The notes below the pieces were generated by a model. The model did not search any database and had not been told where the DNA came from. It was given only the letters and a program-made list of their open reading frames with translations. A DNA stretch of 63,379 nucleotides, filler included, from Asterionella formosa (lineage: Eukaryota), in the NCBI GenBank assembly GCA_002256025.1. It is 11 parts of 11 records of this genome, joined end to end, with 100 filler letters (N's around TTAATTAATTAA, not from the genome) between each part and the next. Parts side by side here need not be neighbours in the genome. Positions count along the whole stretch, not along the records: positions 1 to 24,545 come from NKIB01002229.1; positions 24,646 to 49,149 come from NKIB01002235.1; 9 more parts are not named here. One strand, 5' to 3'. The position numbers were made by a program, and so were the translations under genes. The stretch's first letter is position 1. Every line of letters begins with the position of its first letter. Shown here piece after piece: positions 23,069 through 35,297 of the stretch.

Positions 23069-24545
23069 CAGGTTTATCCCTGAGCTGAGGGGATACTATA
23101 GGACGAGGAAATGTTGCACTAGCAGATCTTGCAAAAGTTGCTCCAGCAGAAACAGCAGGAGTTGCTCCAATGGAATCAGAAGAACTTGCAGCATAAACTT
23201 CTGATGTTTAGACCGCTTCAGCATTGTGTTGACTTTCCTCAAGTACCATGAATTCATCATCAACATTTTTGCCATCTTCTATGATCCCAAGGTCTGTAGA
23301 ATCAACTTCACCACTAGCATCTGCTCATTCCTCTATTTTTCGGAGTACTTGCTTAGTAGCATATTGGACCTCAGCAGGACATGCATGTTGGGTCACCAGT
23401 TGCAAGTTTTCGCCGACTAGAAGTTCCAGTTCATTCCTTGTCTGGAAACATTCATGGTGTTCGAGTGCTGCACATTCCTCTCATGTGATCCAATTGGTAG
23501 ATGGGTCAGAACATTGTCCAACAATGACATGATCTTGTTGAACCTAAACTGCTGCCCCAAACCCTGCAGGTTGTGGTGGGCCCCTGGAAATGTTGGTGGT
23601 TGATCTCATCTGCTTTTGATACCCAGCACAGTTTGTCCATTTTGTAACTGTTTCTACTACAGTTGCACTTGCACTGTGACGCTACGATTTATTGTTATTG
23701 TTCCTTGATCTGAGCAGAGACACCAATCAGAGAGGAGCCACCAGAGGCAGCGAACCTACTTTCATCATCACTGGCATCTTTATCAGCGTCATCTTCTTTA
23801 TCTTCCTCTTTATTGTCCTGCTCCTCATCTTGGGATTGTAACTTTATTCCTGCTGGATATGACAACATTCTAGCAGCCTTGCGGAGGAAGGGACACCCTA
23901 TCTGCCTGGTCTGGTTTGACCCCCAGAAGAGGATGATGACATCCTCGCAACAATCTAAAACAGATGACAATTGATGTACATATGGCTGATTGATGTGTAC
24001 ATGTAGATCTGCATACTTATTCTGGTTAAAAAGCAAGAAACTATTTCGGGTATGAGCAATAGTGGAGGGAAAATGGGCTGGCTAACCTTGTTAACCAGAA
24101 ACCGTCTTAAACAGTGACGATATTCTCAGTGGCAATACCGGATAATATAGGTTAAAATGTAAAACGTAAACTAAAATTATGATATAAACTGTGAAAAATG
24201 GAAATGATCTCCAATGGTCAATCCATTCCTCTCTTCCTGTAGGTTAATACTAATTCCATACGTAAATAGTGCATACGTAATCCCCGAATTGACGTGGTAT
24301 GCAACCATACGTATTCCTTTTTCTCAAATTCTCAAGATCGGAACATATCCAGCTGTTTTGATCTTCCTCTATATATAGTAAACCCCTAATACTCCCCTTC
24401 ATGCCATTATACGTGAGATCTTCAAGTGTGTGGGATGATCCTTTGTTTAGTGCTGGGGAACTTGATCTTGTCTTTTAAGGCGTTGTTTCTGTGCAGCATC
24501 CAACAACCTTTTCAGGAATACTGACATAGCATCGTACTTATGTAT

Positions 24546-24645
24546 NNNNNNNNNNNNNNNNNNNNNNNNNNNNNNNNNNNNNNNNNNNNTTAATTAATTA
24601 ANNNNNNNNNNNNNNNNNNNNNNNNNNNNNNNNNNNNNNNNNNNN
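24546..24645. other. Artificial contig linker; also at 49150-49249, 50733-50832, 52316-52415, 53897-53996, 55479-55578, 57061-57160, 58637-58736, 60218-60317 and 61799-61898
   Basis: Identical 100-bp N-TTAATTAATTAA-N spacer with stops in all six frames. Confidence 0.98.
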
Positions 24646-25507
24646 GGTACTTATGATCGGACCGCCAGGCAGACGCGTAAAACGCACAAAAGAAGCGCAA
24701 AGATTCGCTTGTGCAAAGCAGTATATTCCTCTACGCAAGTTTGTAGCGTAGGATGTAATATGACAAAACGAACGAATATGTAGATTTTAAATATTAGACA
24801 GCCCGGTCTAAACAGGTACCGACGAACGGGGAGGGCTGGCCTAAATATGTACCAGCGAACGTGGACTGTGTACACAGATAGCAAGGAGGCCGATTCCAGC
24901 GAAATTATTGTTTTCTTGAGCACAACTCTTTCGTGAACAATGATGAAGCAGAGAAAACGAACAAGCCAGCAGGATGATCGCCGGTGGAGCTTCCGGTGCA
25001 CACGTGAGCCAGACAAAGCAACGTAAGTGTGCTATGTTATAGTGAGCCAATACAGTAGTGCGTAGGTTTACTAGTACAAAGAGTACGAAGAATGACGGAT
25101 GTGTGCTGGAACGGATAATAGATCCTTACACGAAGATCTGGTTCAACGAGAATGAACCAATTGTGACAAAGTATTACCAGATACTCGTACACAGGTTTAC
25201 GTATGACGATCGATGCAGCAAAAATATGCTCAAGAATTAGAAGGATTTGCGACGAAACCAAGAACAAAACGCCGATGTGTTGCGAGGAATGGAAGGAGCG
25301 AAGGTAACCTTAGAATGCCAAAAAACACTCTTTTACTCAATACAATTGTCTACTGCTGCTGTGTAGTGTAGTATATATCTAGACAGATGTAGCAGGCAAA
25401 TGAACGATGTAAAAACAAGCGAATACGAATGAGATTCTGTGTTCAGCGCCAATGGTGAAATCGAATTAACAATCAACAATGTCGTTTCGTTCAAGGAAAC
25501 AGCTTTA

Positions 25508-25762
25508 GCTCATAACCTGTTGTGAAGAGGATAAGATAGCGAACGACGACGAGGACAACGGAGGAGGAGGAGAGTAGGGTGAGTCAATTAACGAACCTGA
25601 CAAGCTCAATAGGAGTTTGTAAGGGGTATGTTAAAAGAGTAATTATAGTAAAGTAAAAGTAAATAGATACAAACATAGAAGAACAGCAACACGGGTAGAG
25701 GCAACCATCAGTGTCTGACATACAGACATACATGATGGACATAGTACTAGTGATTTACAACA
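25508..25762 (-). mobile_element. Ty1/Copia 5' LTR (25518-25762) plus primer-binding site (25508-25517)
   Basis: TGTTGT(G/A)AA inverted termini. On the minus strand the LTR end CAACA is followed directly by GGTTATGAGC, the copia-type internal tRNA-iMet PBS. Confidence 0.7.
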
Positions 25763-27789
25763 GTATATGATCTGAATGGGAATATAAATGGAAGAGGCTG
25801 CTAGCTAAGAAACGGAAATCGGGGTCATGATGGTCGAAAATTTTATGATTGTCATGAGACATCATCTAGTGTTAGTAGTAGTAATTCACCTCGACTATTG
25901 GAGAAAGAAGTTTCTCTATGTACTAGTTTTGATTCCAATAGTAGTAAGCTCCAATTATGACTATTAGTCTAGTAGGAGAAGAATTGAATTTAAGACAAAA
26001 GAGAAGGGAAAGAAGCAATTTCTAGAACTAGTAAATTTATAATGCTAAAGGGGGGATTGATGTTTCATCATAACCAGCTACTGCTTCATTGTCCCAATTA
26101 CTGAGAAACGACATCCAGCTATAAGACTCATCATTTGAGTCATTGTTCCCCCTGCAATCATCCACTACTCAGCAACAACGACATCCAGCAACCAAAAACA
26201 ACACAATGGGTCTCCCCTGAAGCCAAGAAAATCTTCAACCCTCTACCAAAGGAGTCCAACCTGAATGCAATCACAAAAGAAAAGAAATCTCTTTACGCAA
26301 GCGAATAACTCCAGCTCTGGAAACCCACTTAACCAAGGAGACAACGCACATCACCCATCAAAATTGCTAATACATTGCTCACTCACTCCAAATTGCAAAA
26401 GATGACATGAATATCTGGAGCTGGGGACATTGTTGCACTGTTCTCACACTTGCCACACATGCATAATACAATGTCTCCAAGGGGTACCACACGATTTACA
26501 GAAACACCGCAAGCTCCAACTGAGAATAAACTCAAAAGATCCCTCCACTCCAGCCCTGACATCTGCATGAGCATTCAACAATATGCCAAAGAAAATCTGG
26601 ATATACTTTCCATCAAGAAGCTTTCGAAATATATACATGAAAAAGAAAGGCCCTTGTCTGCAAATAAAAAGTATCGTACATATAAGATCAGGGGTATCAT
26701 ACAATAACTGGCACAGAATTTTTCTGTGCATGATACGCATTTTGTTATTTTTGTGATAGGTACATACGTCTGCAAATAGAAAACATCAAATTCGTTTGAT
26801 GCATCTTATAATGGCAATCATATGATGAAAGAAAACATTTTTTGCATAAAAGTGTGGGAAATGCATAAACCGTCAGTCTGGGGGTTTTCGTGATCATTTC
26901 CACGATGCGAAAATTTTAATCGCGTAAAGAACAAGCAGTCTATTGTTGAATGGGTGAAAGAATGTCTATAGTAAACTATCAAATGACCTCATCAAGATTC
27001 CATAGAAATTTGGACAATGACAATTAGTGCTTACATGAAACTCAGTACAAAATTCACGCAGAGGAATTTGTTGCATCTTGAAATGTTGTACCCTCTCCGA
27101 GAATACTGTCGCTCAAGTTTTCTCATCTTTTTCTACAAAACATAGAAAATCTTATCTAGTCAAAGTTATCAAGCTAATCATCGCGGACTCAATACTGTCG
27201 CTACTTTGGTCCTATCTTTAAAACTGAGCAATTGACGACCAGAAACAACTTCCAGCGCCGATTTTAACTTTTTGTTGTCAACGATAATCTCGTTTATGTT
27301 AGTCTACATACACTTGCGAAATATGAATTGCTCATTGTCAATATTCGTGAAGATATTCAACTCCATAAATTCGTCATGGTCAAGATGGAGTTGCTGTCTC
27401 ATCAACCCCATACCATAGGCAGAGCTGTACAAACACACATGCAAGCACTGGTAGTACATAACCAGTAGTATGTTTGCATGCCCAGCAGTTGGAATTCACA
27501 ATTGGCCCTGCAGGTCTGCTGTCATTACTACTTGGCAATAAAATACCACATCATACATCATATTGGCATTATACTTGGAATTGTCATATGTAACCATGAA
27601 TTACTTTTTGTCAAAAGTCGCTCCACAAATACGAAATGTCTAGCTCTTCCAAATCATCTCACAATTCATCCTCCTTTGAGGAGGATGATAGCGTCTTGCA
27701 GAGTTCAGGAGATAGTTCGTCAGATGATAGTGCTTCCTCTTCTGGGAAAAAGGATTAGATCCTATTAACTTTCCCATCCTGCCATTGTC

Positions 27790-28325
27790 ACCTGCAGGCG
27801 ACACCACTCCAGCACAAACTGACAATTTTCCTCTTCCCCTTGGCGACACTCCTTGGTGCTGGGAATCGGACTCAACAGAAGATTTGGCCAAATGCCCAAT
27901 TTATATTGTTTGGTATGTGCTCTGATCATGCCTGGAATGCATGGGTAAAGAAGCATAGAGAAAAGATCAAGAAATATGACAAAAGCAAGAAGAGAATGGG
28001 TGAAGACTTCGAGGCGTATAATAGAAGTCACTGGATACAGCTAGTTCCAATCCTCCGCGATTTGATGATTTTCAAGTGGATTAACACATACAAGGAAAAG
28101 AAATTTGCAACTGCATGGTTGAAAAAATGGGGTTCCACCATTCACACCAGAATTGAATTGAACAGTTCCAATCTGCTTCGTGGTGGTTTGCCTGCACACA
28201 AGAACAATTCAGAGGGCATCAACAGTGCTGACAAATCATTCTTTGACCACAGGAAGCCCTTAATGGCTAACTTTATTAATGACATGTCTTACAACCTTTT
28301 CGATCGAAGTCAAAGTTACAGTTGA
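27790..28325 (+). mobile_element. Degenerate MULE-like transposase fragment
   Basis: IWPNAQ....MCSDHAW (CxxH) and NNSEGINSADK (catalytic-E region) resemble MULE DDE motifs. Truncated. Confidence 0.55.
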
Positions 28326-28338
28326 ATGACTCTCCATC

Positions 28339-29330
28339 TCAGACATTTATGGAGAACCCACCAGAATCGAGGGACATATCCAATCCCCAAGAAAGGCACA
28401 TGTCAACATCATTGATTACCAGTTCTGTATGCTGGTAATCAAAATGTGGCTCTTGACGAACCATTGACAAATTCACATGAGTGTGCAATAATGTACAGGC
28501 ATGTGGCATACCTTTGCTGACATTGGTTGCATTACCTGCTGCAAATGGGGGCTGCGAAACAGAACCAGGAATGACCATTGACAACATTTTCCAAAAGTGG
28601 TTCACATTGCATGTGGGGTCAGAGATCTTCATTTTTTCAGTGAATGGGCCATAGGCAACCAACAACATTGCCCCACCTGTCATCTGCCTGAAATATTTGG
28701 CAAGGATCCTCTTTGTCCGGAAAGAGGCTCTGATAAGCGAATGAATCGCCTGATCTGTACCGACTTGACCCATAATCTGTTGTTGGCCAATGTCCAGGAA
28801 GGACACTTTTTTGGTCAAAAAAAGGTGTCAGGCAGAAAGGACGACAAGTTCAACACAAATACCTTTTCAGGTGTAACACCAGAAATCTGGAGCATTGTAT
28901 CAACTTCCATGATATAAGACACAGCTTTCATGGCTTCAGCAATTTTTTCAAGAAAATTGCGGAGATCAACAATGTGGCAACGTATGAATGAGGGCCAGGA
29001 ATCGTCTTTGAAGAAATACATGCATGCCATCCTACCTTCTTTCCGCCCTTTTTTTTGATCACTGATAACAACCTGATTTTCTCCACTCTTTCCAATATGA
29101 TGGGAATTAGTTTATCCACATCCAACGCACGCCACATTCTTGTTGGTTCCGAGGTGACCTTGCAGGAAAAATCGAAGTAACTTACGGTCCGAGTTCTCCT
29201 TACTTTTATCTAGCAACACTCCAAGTTTCCACGTCATGACAAAACGATTGGCGTTTTCACGAAGTGGGACTGGAACAATTGAGATGTCTTTCCCAAGTTG
29301 GGTGGCAGTTAAGCTTTTCGAGACAACCAT
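28339..29330 (-). pseudogene. Frameshifted repeated gene ending in a 2OG-Fe(II) dioxygenase-like HxD segment
   Basis: Four consecutive overlapping minus-strand ORFs; the last has RQEPHFDY...SWGLDMSLDSGGFSINV. Its N-terminus is homologous to 52416-52568. Confidence 0.5.
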
Positions 29331-29606
29331 GGTCGGTTTTTCGTAAAAATGTGGTATAAAAATGTTGTATATGGGTTAGCAGCAACATGGAATACCACAT
29401 CACTATTTCCGGCGGTTCTGCACTGCTGGTATTTACGAATCAATAAGCAGTTGCATTCTACACAATTGCGACATAAAACAATAGTAAAATTTTTAATGTG
29501 GCCATAAACAGTTGTTACAAGGAACACACATACCAGTATGTGTTGGTACCAGATACCAGGGTACCATGTACCAGTAATCACATTATATCAGGGTGAGTAG
29601 AATGTA

Positions 29607-29990
29607 TTAGAATGTGCACTCAAATTGTGCGGCATACAGACGATCACAAAAATAATCAAGAAGAATGGGCGACTTGTGATTTAGACCACGAGCAACAAAC
29701 TGTGCGGCAATCTGATCAATCTTGATCTTAATCCAGACTTCATCCTCCAAAACGTATTTGAAGTATTGAGGTAAAGGTGAAGTTTTGTCCCAAGGAACGA
29801 TTTTCTTGATTTCGGAAGGCTTCCGGGCATGGTCAAGAACTGATTTATTGGAGACCCTGTCGTACACATTGACCAAGAATACTTTGGCCGTCGTGTAGCA
29901 TACAAACTGGCAAGTTTCGCCAGCATAATTACCCTTCAATACGGAAACTAGATCACTTGTCTTCAGAGAAAGGTCTTCATCATCAGACAT
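29607..29990 (-). CDS. Small repeated protein of unknown function (127 aa), probably transposon cargo
   Basis: ATG-initiated ORF. 29791-29876 matches 52675-52760 with 2 mismatches. Confidence 0.5.
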   Translation of the reverse strand: MSDDEDLSLKTSDLVSVLKGNYAGETCQFVCYTTAKVFLVNVYDRVSNKSVLDHARKPSEIKKIVPWDKTSPLPQYFKYVLEDEVWIKIKIDQIAAQFVARGLNHKSPILLDYFCDRLYAAQFECTF

Positions 29991-31522
29991 CTACTGTACA
30001 CTTACGCTGATTTTCGTAGAAATGTTTGGACAGTAGGCCGATTTTTCAGCCCAAGTCTGAACTTCCGTTCATTCCCATTTCATAATTTAACACGGTATAT
30101 CTAGTACTACTATGTTGAACTTGGAGTGAAGTTTGATCATTTGAGGGAAATACCAGACGAATGGCCTTTTTTTCTGGTAGCTGTTTTCTCGTGGCATTTT
30201 ACATATGTAGTTGATGGAATCTGTGTTTATGCACTTCGATGAAAATTACGTAAGTACCATGTGTGAAGGGGCAATTGTCAACTATCGTACTGGTATCTTA
30301 GGAACCAGCGTCACCAAGCAAAAAGGCAAGGACTTGGCTGTGGTACATACGTGGTCTCTCACGATAGGGCCCCTGTTGTACCTGGTACCTGGTACCTTAC
30401 CATACCATGTACCTACCGGTAGGATACTGCACTTCGATCCAAATTATGGCTTGGTGCCCATTAAATATATGAATGAACATACCACTTGTTAATAATAAAC
30501 CATCATGAATCTCTTGACAAATACATACCACATACACTGAGGAGCCACGCACAGCCTCACACTTGATTGCTACACTCACCATGATGATACCCCTGTTTGT
30601 CATTGTTTGATCTTCACCATCAACTCCTTGCTATAACTATGATCGACCAACAATGCCGTCCTCATTGAGTCTCAGAACTCAGATGTTCTTGGTGACAGGT
30701 AGTACCATTCGTTCCATGTTCCATGAGCTTGTTGGAAACTTGCAATTGATTTTCAGTGACGAAGGGAGAACGAATAGAAAGAAACACGACAATTGGTAAC
30801 AATACTAACAAGCAAGGTACGTCCGCGCAAATTTCCACTGATTTGAATATTTCAAACGGAATCATGTCATTCAAAAATAGCTCCTATAAATTCTTAGTTC
30901 CAGGGAATTTCGGTAACCCTAAGGGTTAAAATGCAGGAACCTTAATAAAGATCAGTACGGTACCAGGTACCAGGTACCGAAGTACCAGAGTACCTGTGTA
31001 CCTGGTACCGGTACCTGGCAGTACATATTCTCGGTTATGATGGAAGACAGGATGAGTTGCGCAACCATTTTACCGTACACTGAGGTCGGTGTGTTCCGTT
31101 TGTGCCAGCCATCTACATTCGACAAATTCTACACACGAGTACCGGTATATGGAGAAACGGAATCCAGAATCAGCTTGGATGTAATGCTTGATGTCGAAAT
31201 CGAGCATCACATCATCAGCATATCACTCACACCGAGGGCGATATACTGGTATTGCAGCTGGTACCACGATGATACATGTCTCACCAGTGTAGATACGGTA
31301 CTATGTACTAGTAGGCATATTTTGTGAGGGAGTATAAGGTAGTAATGTACTGGAACTGTGTTTGGATTAAAAATGGAACAGCAATAATTCATTCGGACAT
31401 GATTGTAACTGCATAAAAGCATACACTATTCCCTTTTAACTTTTCCTCCTTGCAAAGGAGTAACACCAGCAATGTCTACAGTCTCCACTGAAGGATGGCG
31501 GCATAGTATATAATGCTGATTG

Positions 31523-32122
31523 TTACCATAATTTAAAACCATTTTGTCTACTACTGCAGAGTATACTCTTACCATCCAAGGATCGAGAAGCTCATCATCA
31601 CTGCTCATCCTCAAAACCTGTTCAAAAAAGGGACAAAATCTCTTGTCTTGGTGATGGCCTTTAAACAACTAATTTTTTCAACAGCTGCATTGAATTGACA
31701 TAAATACATTCCAAGTGCAAAGATTAGACAAATAACCATTGGATTGGGATAAGCAGGCCTTGAGAATCTTGACTGGTCACCTTTTAAATATTTATCCCTC
31801 AAAAGTGCTTGTTTTTGGTCATCACAACGGCCATTGCAATGGCCATCACTTCTGATTCAAATATTTTGGCGACTGATGAAAAAGCCGATCGGGTCGACTT
31901 TTTGGAGGAGGATTGCTCTACATCTACGGGGTTTCATGAAGAATGAAATAGATAGCCGTGTACCCTATAAGTTCAGGAGTTAACTTCTGCAGAGAAGTGG
32001 CAGTTGTCCCTCGTAGACTTTTTTAAAAGCTTGATGGCCCCCTTTTTTGACTATTTTTTGGATAGTTACGATTCCAAGAGGGATAACTGCCACTTCTCTC
32101 CAGAAATGAGGTCCTTACCATA
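31523..32122 (-). mobile_element. CryptonS-like (tyrosine recombinase) deletion derivative
   Basis: KGDQ..PAYPNPMVICLIFALGMY..LFKGHHQDKRF resembles the Crypton YR. An 8-bp direct repeat TATGGTAA (minus strand) lies at both ends (31523-31530, 32115-32122). TATGG termini are the described CryptonS hallmark. Confidence 0.65.
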
Positions 32123-32320
32123 TCTGTTTATTGATCATACACCTAAGTCGACCCATGACTGTATCTAAGCATATGCAAAGTGGTCGTATTGGTGAAAGCT
32201 AATTTTACCTTTCACTATTTTATTTCATTGCTTGTACATTGTGGATTGACGTACATAATAAAATAATTTTGGGGAAAAACGGACCTCGCATTATGTAACT
32301 GCGGGACCGCAACCTTAAAG

Positions 32321-32514
32321 TAGTTAGCCGTGTATCCTATAACGTCAGGAGTTAACTTCTGGAGAGAAACTGCAGTTATGTATCGTAGATTTTTAGAAAA
32401 GCTTCGTAGCCCCTTTTCTTGACTACTATTGCGATAGTTATGACTCTACGATACATAACTGCAGTTTCTTATCAGAAATCAGGTCTTTAAGGTTGGGGCC
32501 CCGGCTTAACCATA
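32321..32514 (-). repeat. Second, diverged copy of the Crypton-like terminal region with palindrome
   Basis: Direct repeat of 31949-32122 at 372-bp offset. It ends in CCATA (32510-32514) after a TTAA-flanked 15-bp insert. Confidence 0.7.
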
Positions 32515-32567
32515 GTTCGGAGAAAATATCGCCAGGGTTGTAAAAATGGCGTGGAACAGGGAGTTTT

Positions 32568-33770
32568 TAAGTAAATGAATGCAATATTTCTTGAAATCGC
32601 GCCATTCTTTGATTTGAGACCGTAATTCACATCAGACATTGCTTCCGATGCACCACAAAATTAAGCAAATTGCGATCATCTTATTGACAATAATGAAACC
32701 TACAGCAAGAAAACAGCCTCAACCATCTAAAAAGTACAAGGTGATACCTAACTCATTGGATAAGACTGTTGTGTCGCTCATTTTAAATAATATAGTTGTG
32801 GAATTAGAAACTTTGAAGGCAAATAGCAATGGCAAACTACCATATGGTGCAATCTCGAATATTGTTGCATCTAAGGCGGCTACACTGACTTCGCTAGCTG
32901 ATAAAAACTTTGGTCCAGTACCATTTGCAGAAGCTAAATCAGGCAGGAAAGGCAAATAATTCAATAGTACAATTACCTGCTTCTATGACACTAAATGATT
33001 CACAGTCGTCGGCAGGACACATCTCATAAATTTCTACCCTGACTGCGAATTCAAGGATTAACATCCAACTCCCAGTTGATACATTCATGAGTAGTGATGG
33101 TTCAAGTGTTGCAAGGATGAGAAATAATGAAGGGAAAGAACAAGTAGCAAACAATGAAATCGGAAGGGTGAGAAATAATGAAGAGAAAGAACAAGAAGCA
33201 AAAAATGAAGATAGACTTACTTGTGAAGATTTGAGGAATGTCCATGATGCAACCCTTTTGGGGCGTCCAAAGGGCAGCACCAACGCCATGTCACGAGATA
33301 ATGCATGAACAACGCATTGCACGAGCAATTGCTGAGGCCTTACAGCAATACAGGGTTATTAAATTTCATGCAAAACATAGCAATACTTATGTTGCAAGAG
33401 GTGAACTTACCAAATAGTCCAAGTTTACAAACAGAAGAACCAAGTTGCACCTTCCACCCATATCAGTTTCTTCACAGTCCGTACACATGCTAGGAAAAAT
33501 ACCTCTTTTGCCACCTCCTTGAAACAGGGAACCCCGTCGCCCATGCTCGAAGTTGAACCTAACTTGGTGCAACTGATTACCCAACTTGCTAAAATACGCA
33601 TCCCGATCACTGTTGCTGAGGGCCTTCAACTTTCCAACTCAATTATTGAAGGGACCCATGACAAATTAATTGCATGGAAAGAGAAGCACAACATACATTA
33701 CCGAATCCATGGAAACTGTTAAATTGGACTGGGATACTGGCAGGGATTCACAAAAAGAAAAAACTTTGAT
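32568..33770 (+). mobile_element. pogo/Tigger-like transposase relic, N-terminal (CENP-B HTH) part
   Basis: GRPKGST, PMLEVEPNLVQLITQLAKIRIPITV.EGLQL.NSII and GYWQGF in broken frames. The 5' region 32568-32685 is repeated at 40050-40175. Confidence 0.65.
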
Positions 33771-34640
33771 TGTTCACTGTATTAACTAATGGGAAGTTAA
33801 TGTGTGTTAGGCTTGTTTAGCTTTTATTACAAGAGGCAGTTCCAATCATGATGGTATGGTCACTCACCGCAACAATGAAACAAATCCACGTTCAGTTTCC
33901 ACATTCTTCAATACATCGTGAACACGTTGATGCTAAGAACTTCCATATACTCTTTGTATACAATTACCCTGATAGATATAAAAGGATATGTTACTTATGC
34001 TCTAACAGGTGATTCTTGTGAGCATTGATCCAACGACAGCACTTACCACGACCCTCATTTCTTCACATTGAATTTGTCCCCACAAGTATGCATATTCAGG
34101 TAAGCAAATAAACACTTGAAGAGAAAGCATGCATTTAGTTACTGTCAACCCAACAATTGAATATTCTGACATGTTCAATTGACCTACTGTGGCTTTCAGC
34201 CTTCTGTTCAGCACCATTACTTCTTTTGTTTCCAATGAAGTCGCAAGGTATCGGTAAATTGATCTCTAGTTGTAAACAACTGTTTATCTGTATGTCTTTT
34301 ATCCATTTCATGTCGCGTGCATGAGAATGAAGATGAACCCACAAGTCCCAATTAAATTGAGCCAACCATATGTGTACATATAGATTTTTATGTTTGAATA
34401 TTTCAAACACCCGTGTAGTGCTATCGTACACATAGATCTGAATATCATCTATATTACCCATGATTAATTTGATTTTATCAATATTGTACGATTTCATTTG
34501 TTTGAATTTATTCTGTAAAAATTTCAGTAAGCGATATTAGAATATATTCAATGTATGACTTCATTATTTACCACGACCTAATATAGAGTAAAAATTTAGT
34601 TTGTACGAAAATTCGTTACGGAGTAAAGTTAATGATATAA

Positions 34641-34830
34641 TTAAGGTTCCTGCATCATTTGAAACCCTAGCTCAAGGTAGGGTTTTTAAAAATTGAGTCA
34701 GACTAATCAAAAATGTTCTTTTCATGTATAAAATAGATATGTTTAACCCTCAACGGAGCTTTCACCATTGGACACCCTTTCCATATGCTTAAATACAGTC
34801 TTCGGAAAAAGTAGGGGTGTAGGTCCACTC
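34641..34830. mobile_element. TTAA-GGTT transposon end (Kolobok-like); related ends at 30913-30945, 32157-32318 and 61232-61299
   Basis: 34640-34655 is the exact reverse complement of 30931-30946. 34757-34800 matches 32157-32202 in inverted orientation. The AACCCTA..TAGGGTT hairpin is shared with 61253-61275. Confidence 0.55.
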
Positions 34831-35297
34831 TATATATTGTCAGGATATAAATATCTGGCGAGAAGCTGCTGAAAGGAACTTCGGCTTTTTACCATGCTTA
34901 AAAAAATGGAAAATTCGGGGGAAATCTGTTTATTTGGTATTGTAAAAAACCGGAAGTTTTCCTACTATGAATTCCCGTGATTCGAGCTTCGATTTGAATA
35001 TTTGAATTAAATATGAATCGGCGCCAGATTGATAGAGTTCCATTTTAAACAAACAAAAATAATATTTAAACTTTAATACTTAATCTCTGTTACTATATGT
35101 AGACATAATTTTACTCAACGCCAAAACACATGTAAAAAATCAGGAGTATGCCGACATGTATGCTCATTGGCTTGTCTTTATATGTTTTTATTGATTCTTT
35201 GTTGCTGTAGTTTCAATATCACTCCAAGCCCTAAGATATATACGGGTATGTAAATCACTACCTGGTACCAGGTACTACCGGAGTCCCAGAGAAGGTA

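Noticed and set aside
23001..23070. Functional tRNA gene
   Set aside because: D- and T-like arms are present but no convincing acceptor or anticodon stem.
23080..24036. Protein-coding gene on the minus strand
   Set aside because: Multiple stops and frameshifts and no identifiable domain.
30931..34655. Single 3.7-kb element bounded by the 16-bp inverted repeat
   Set aside because: The TTAA lies on the inner side of each repeat, so these are outward-facing ends of two separate elements.
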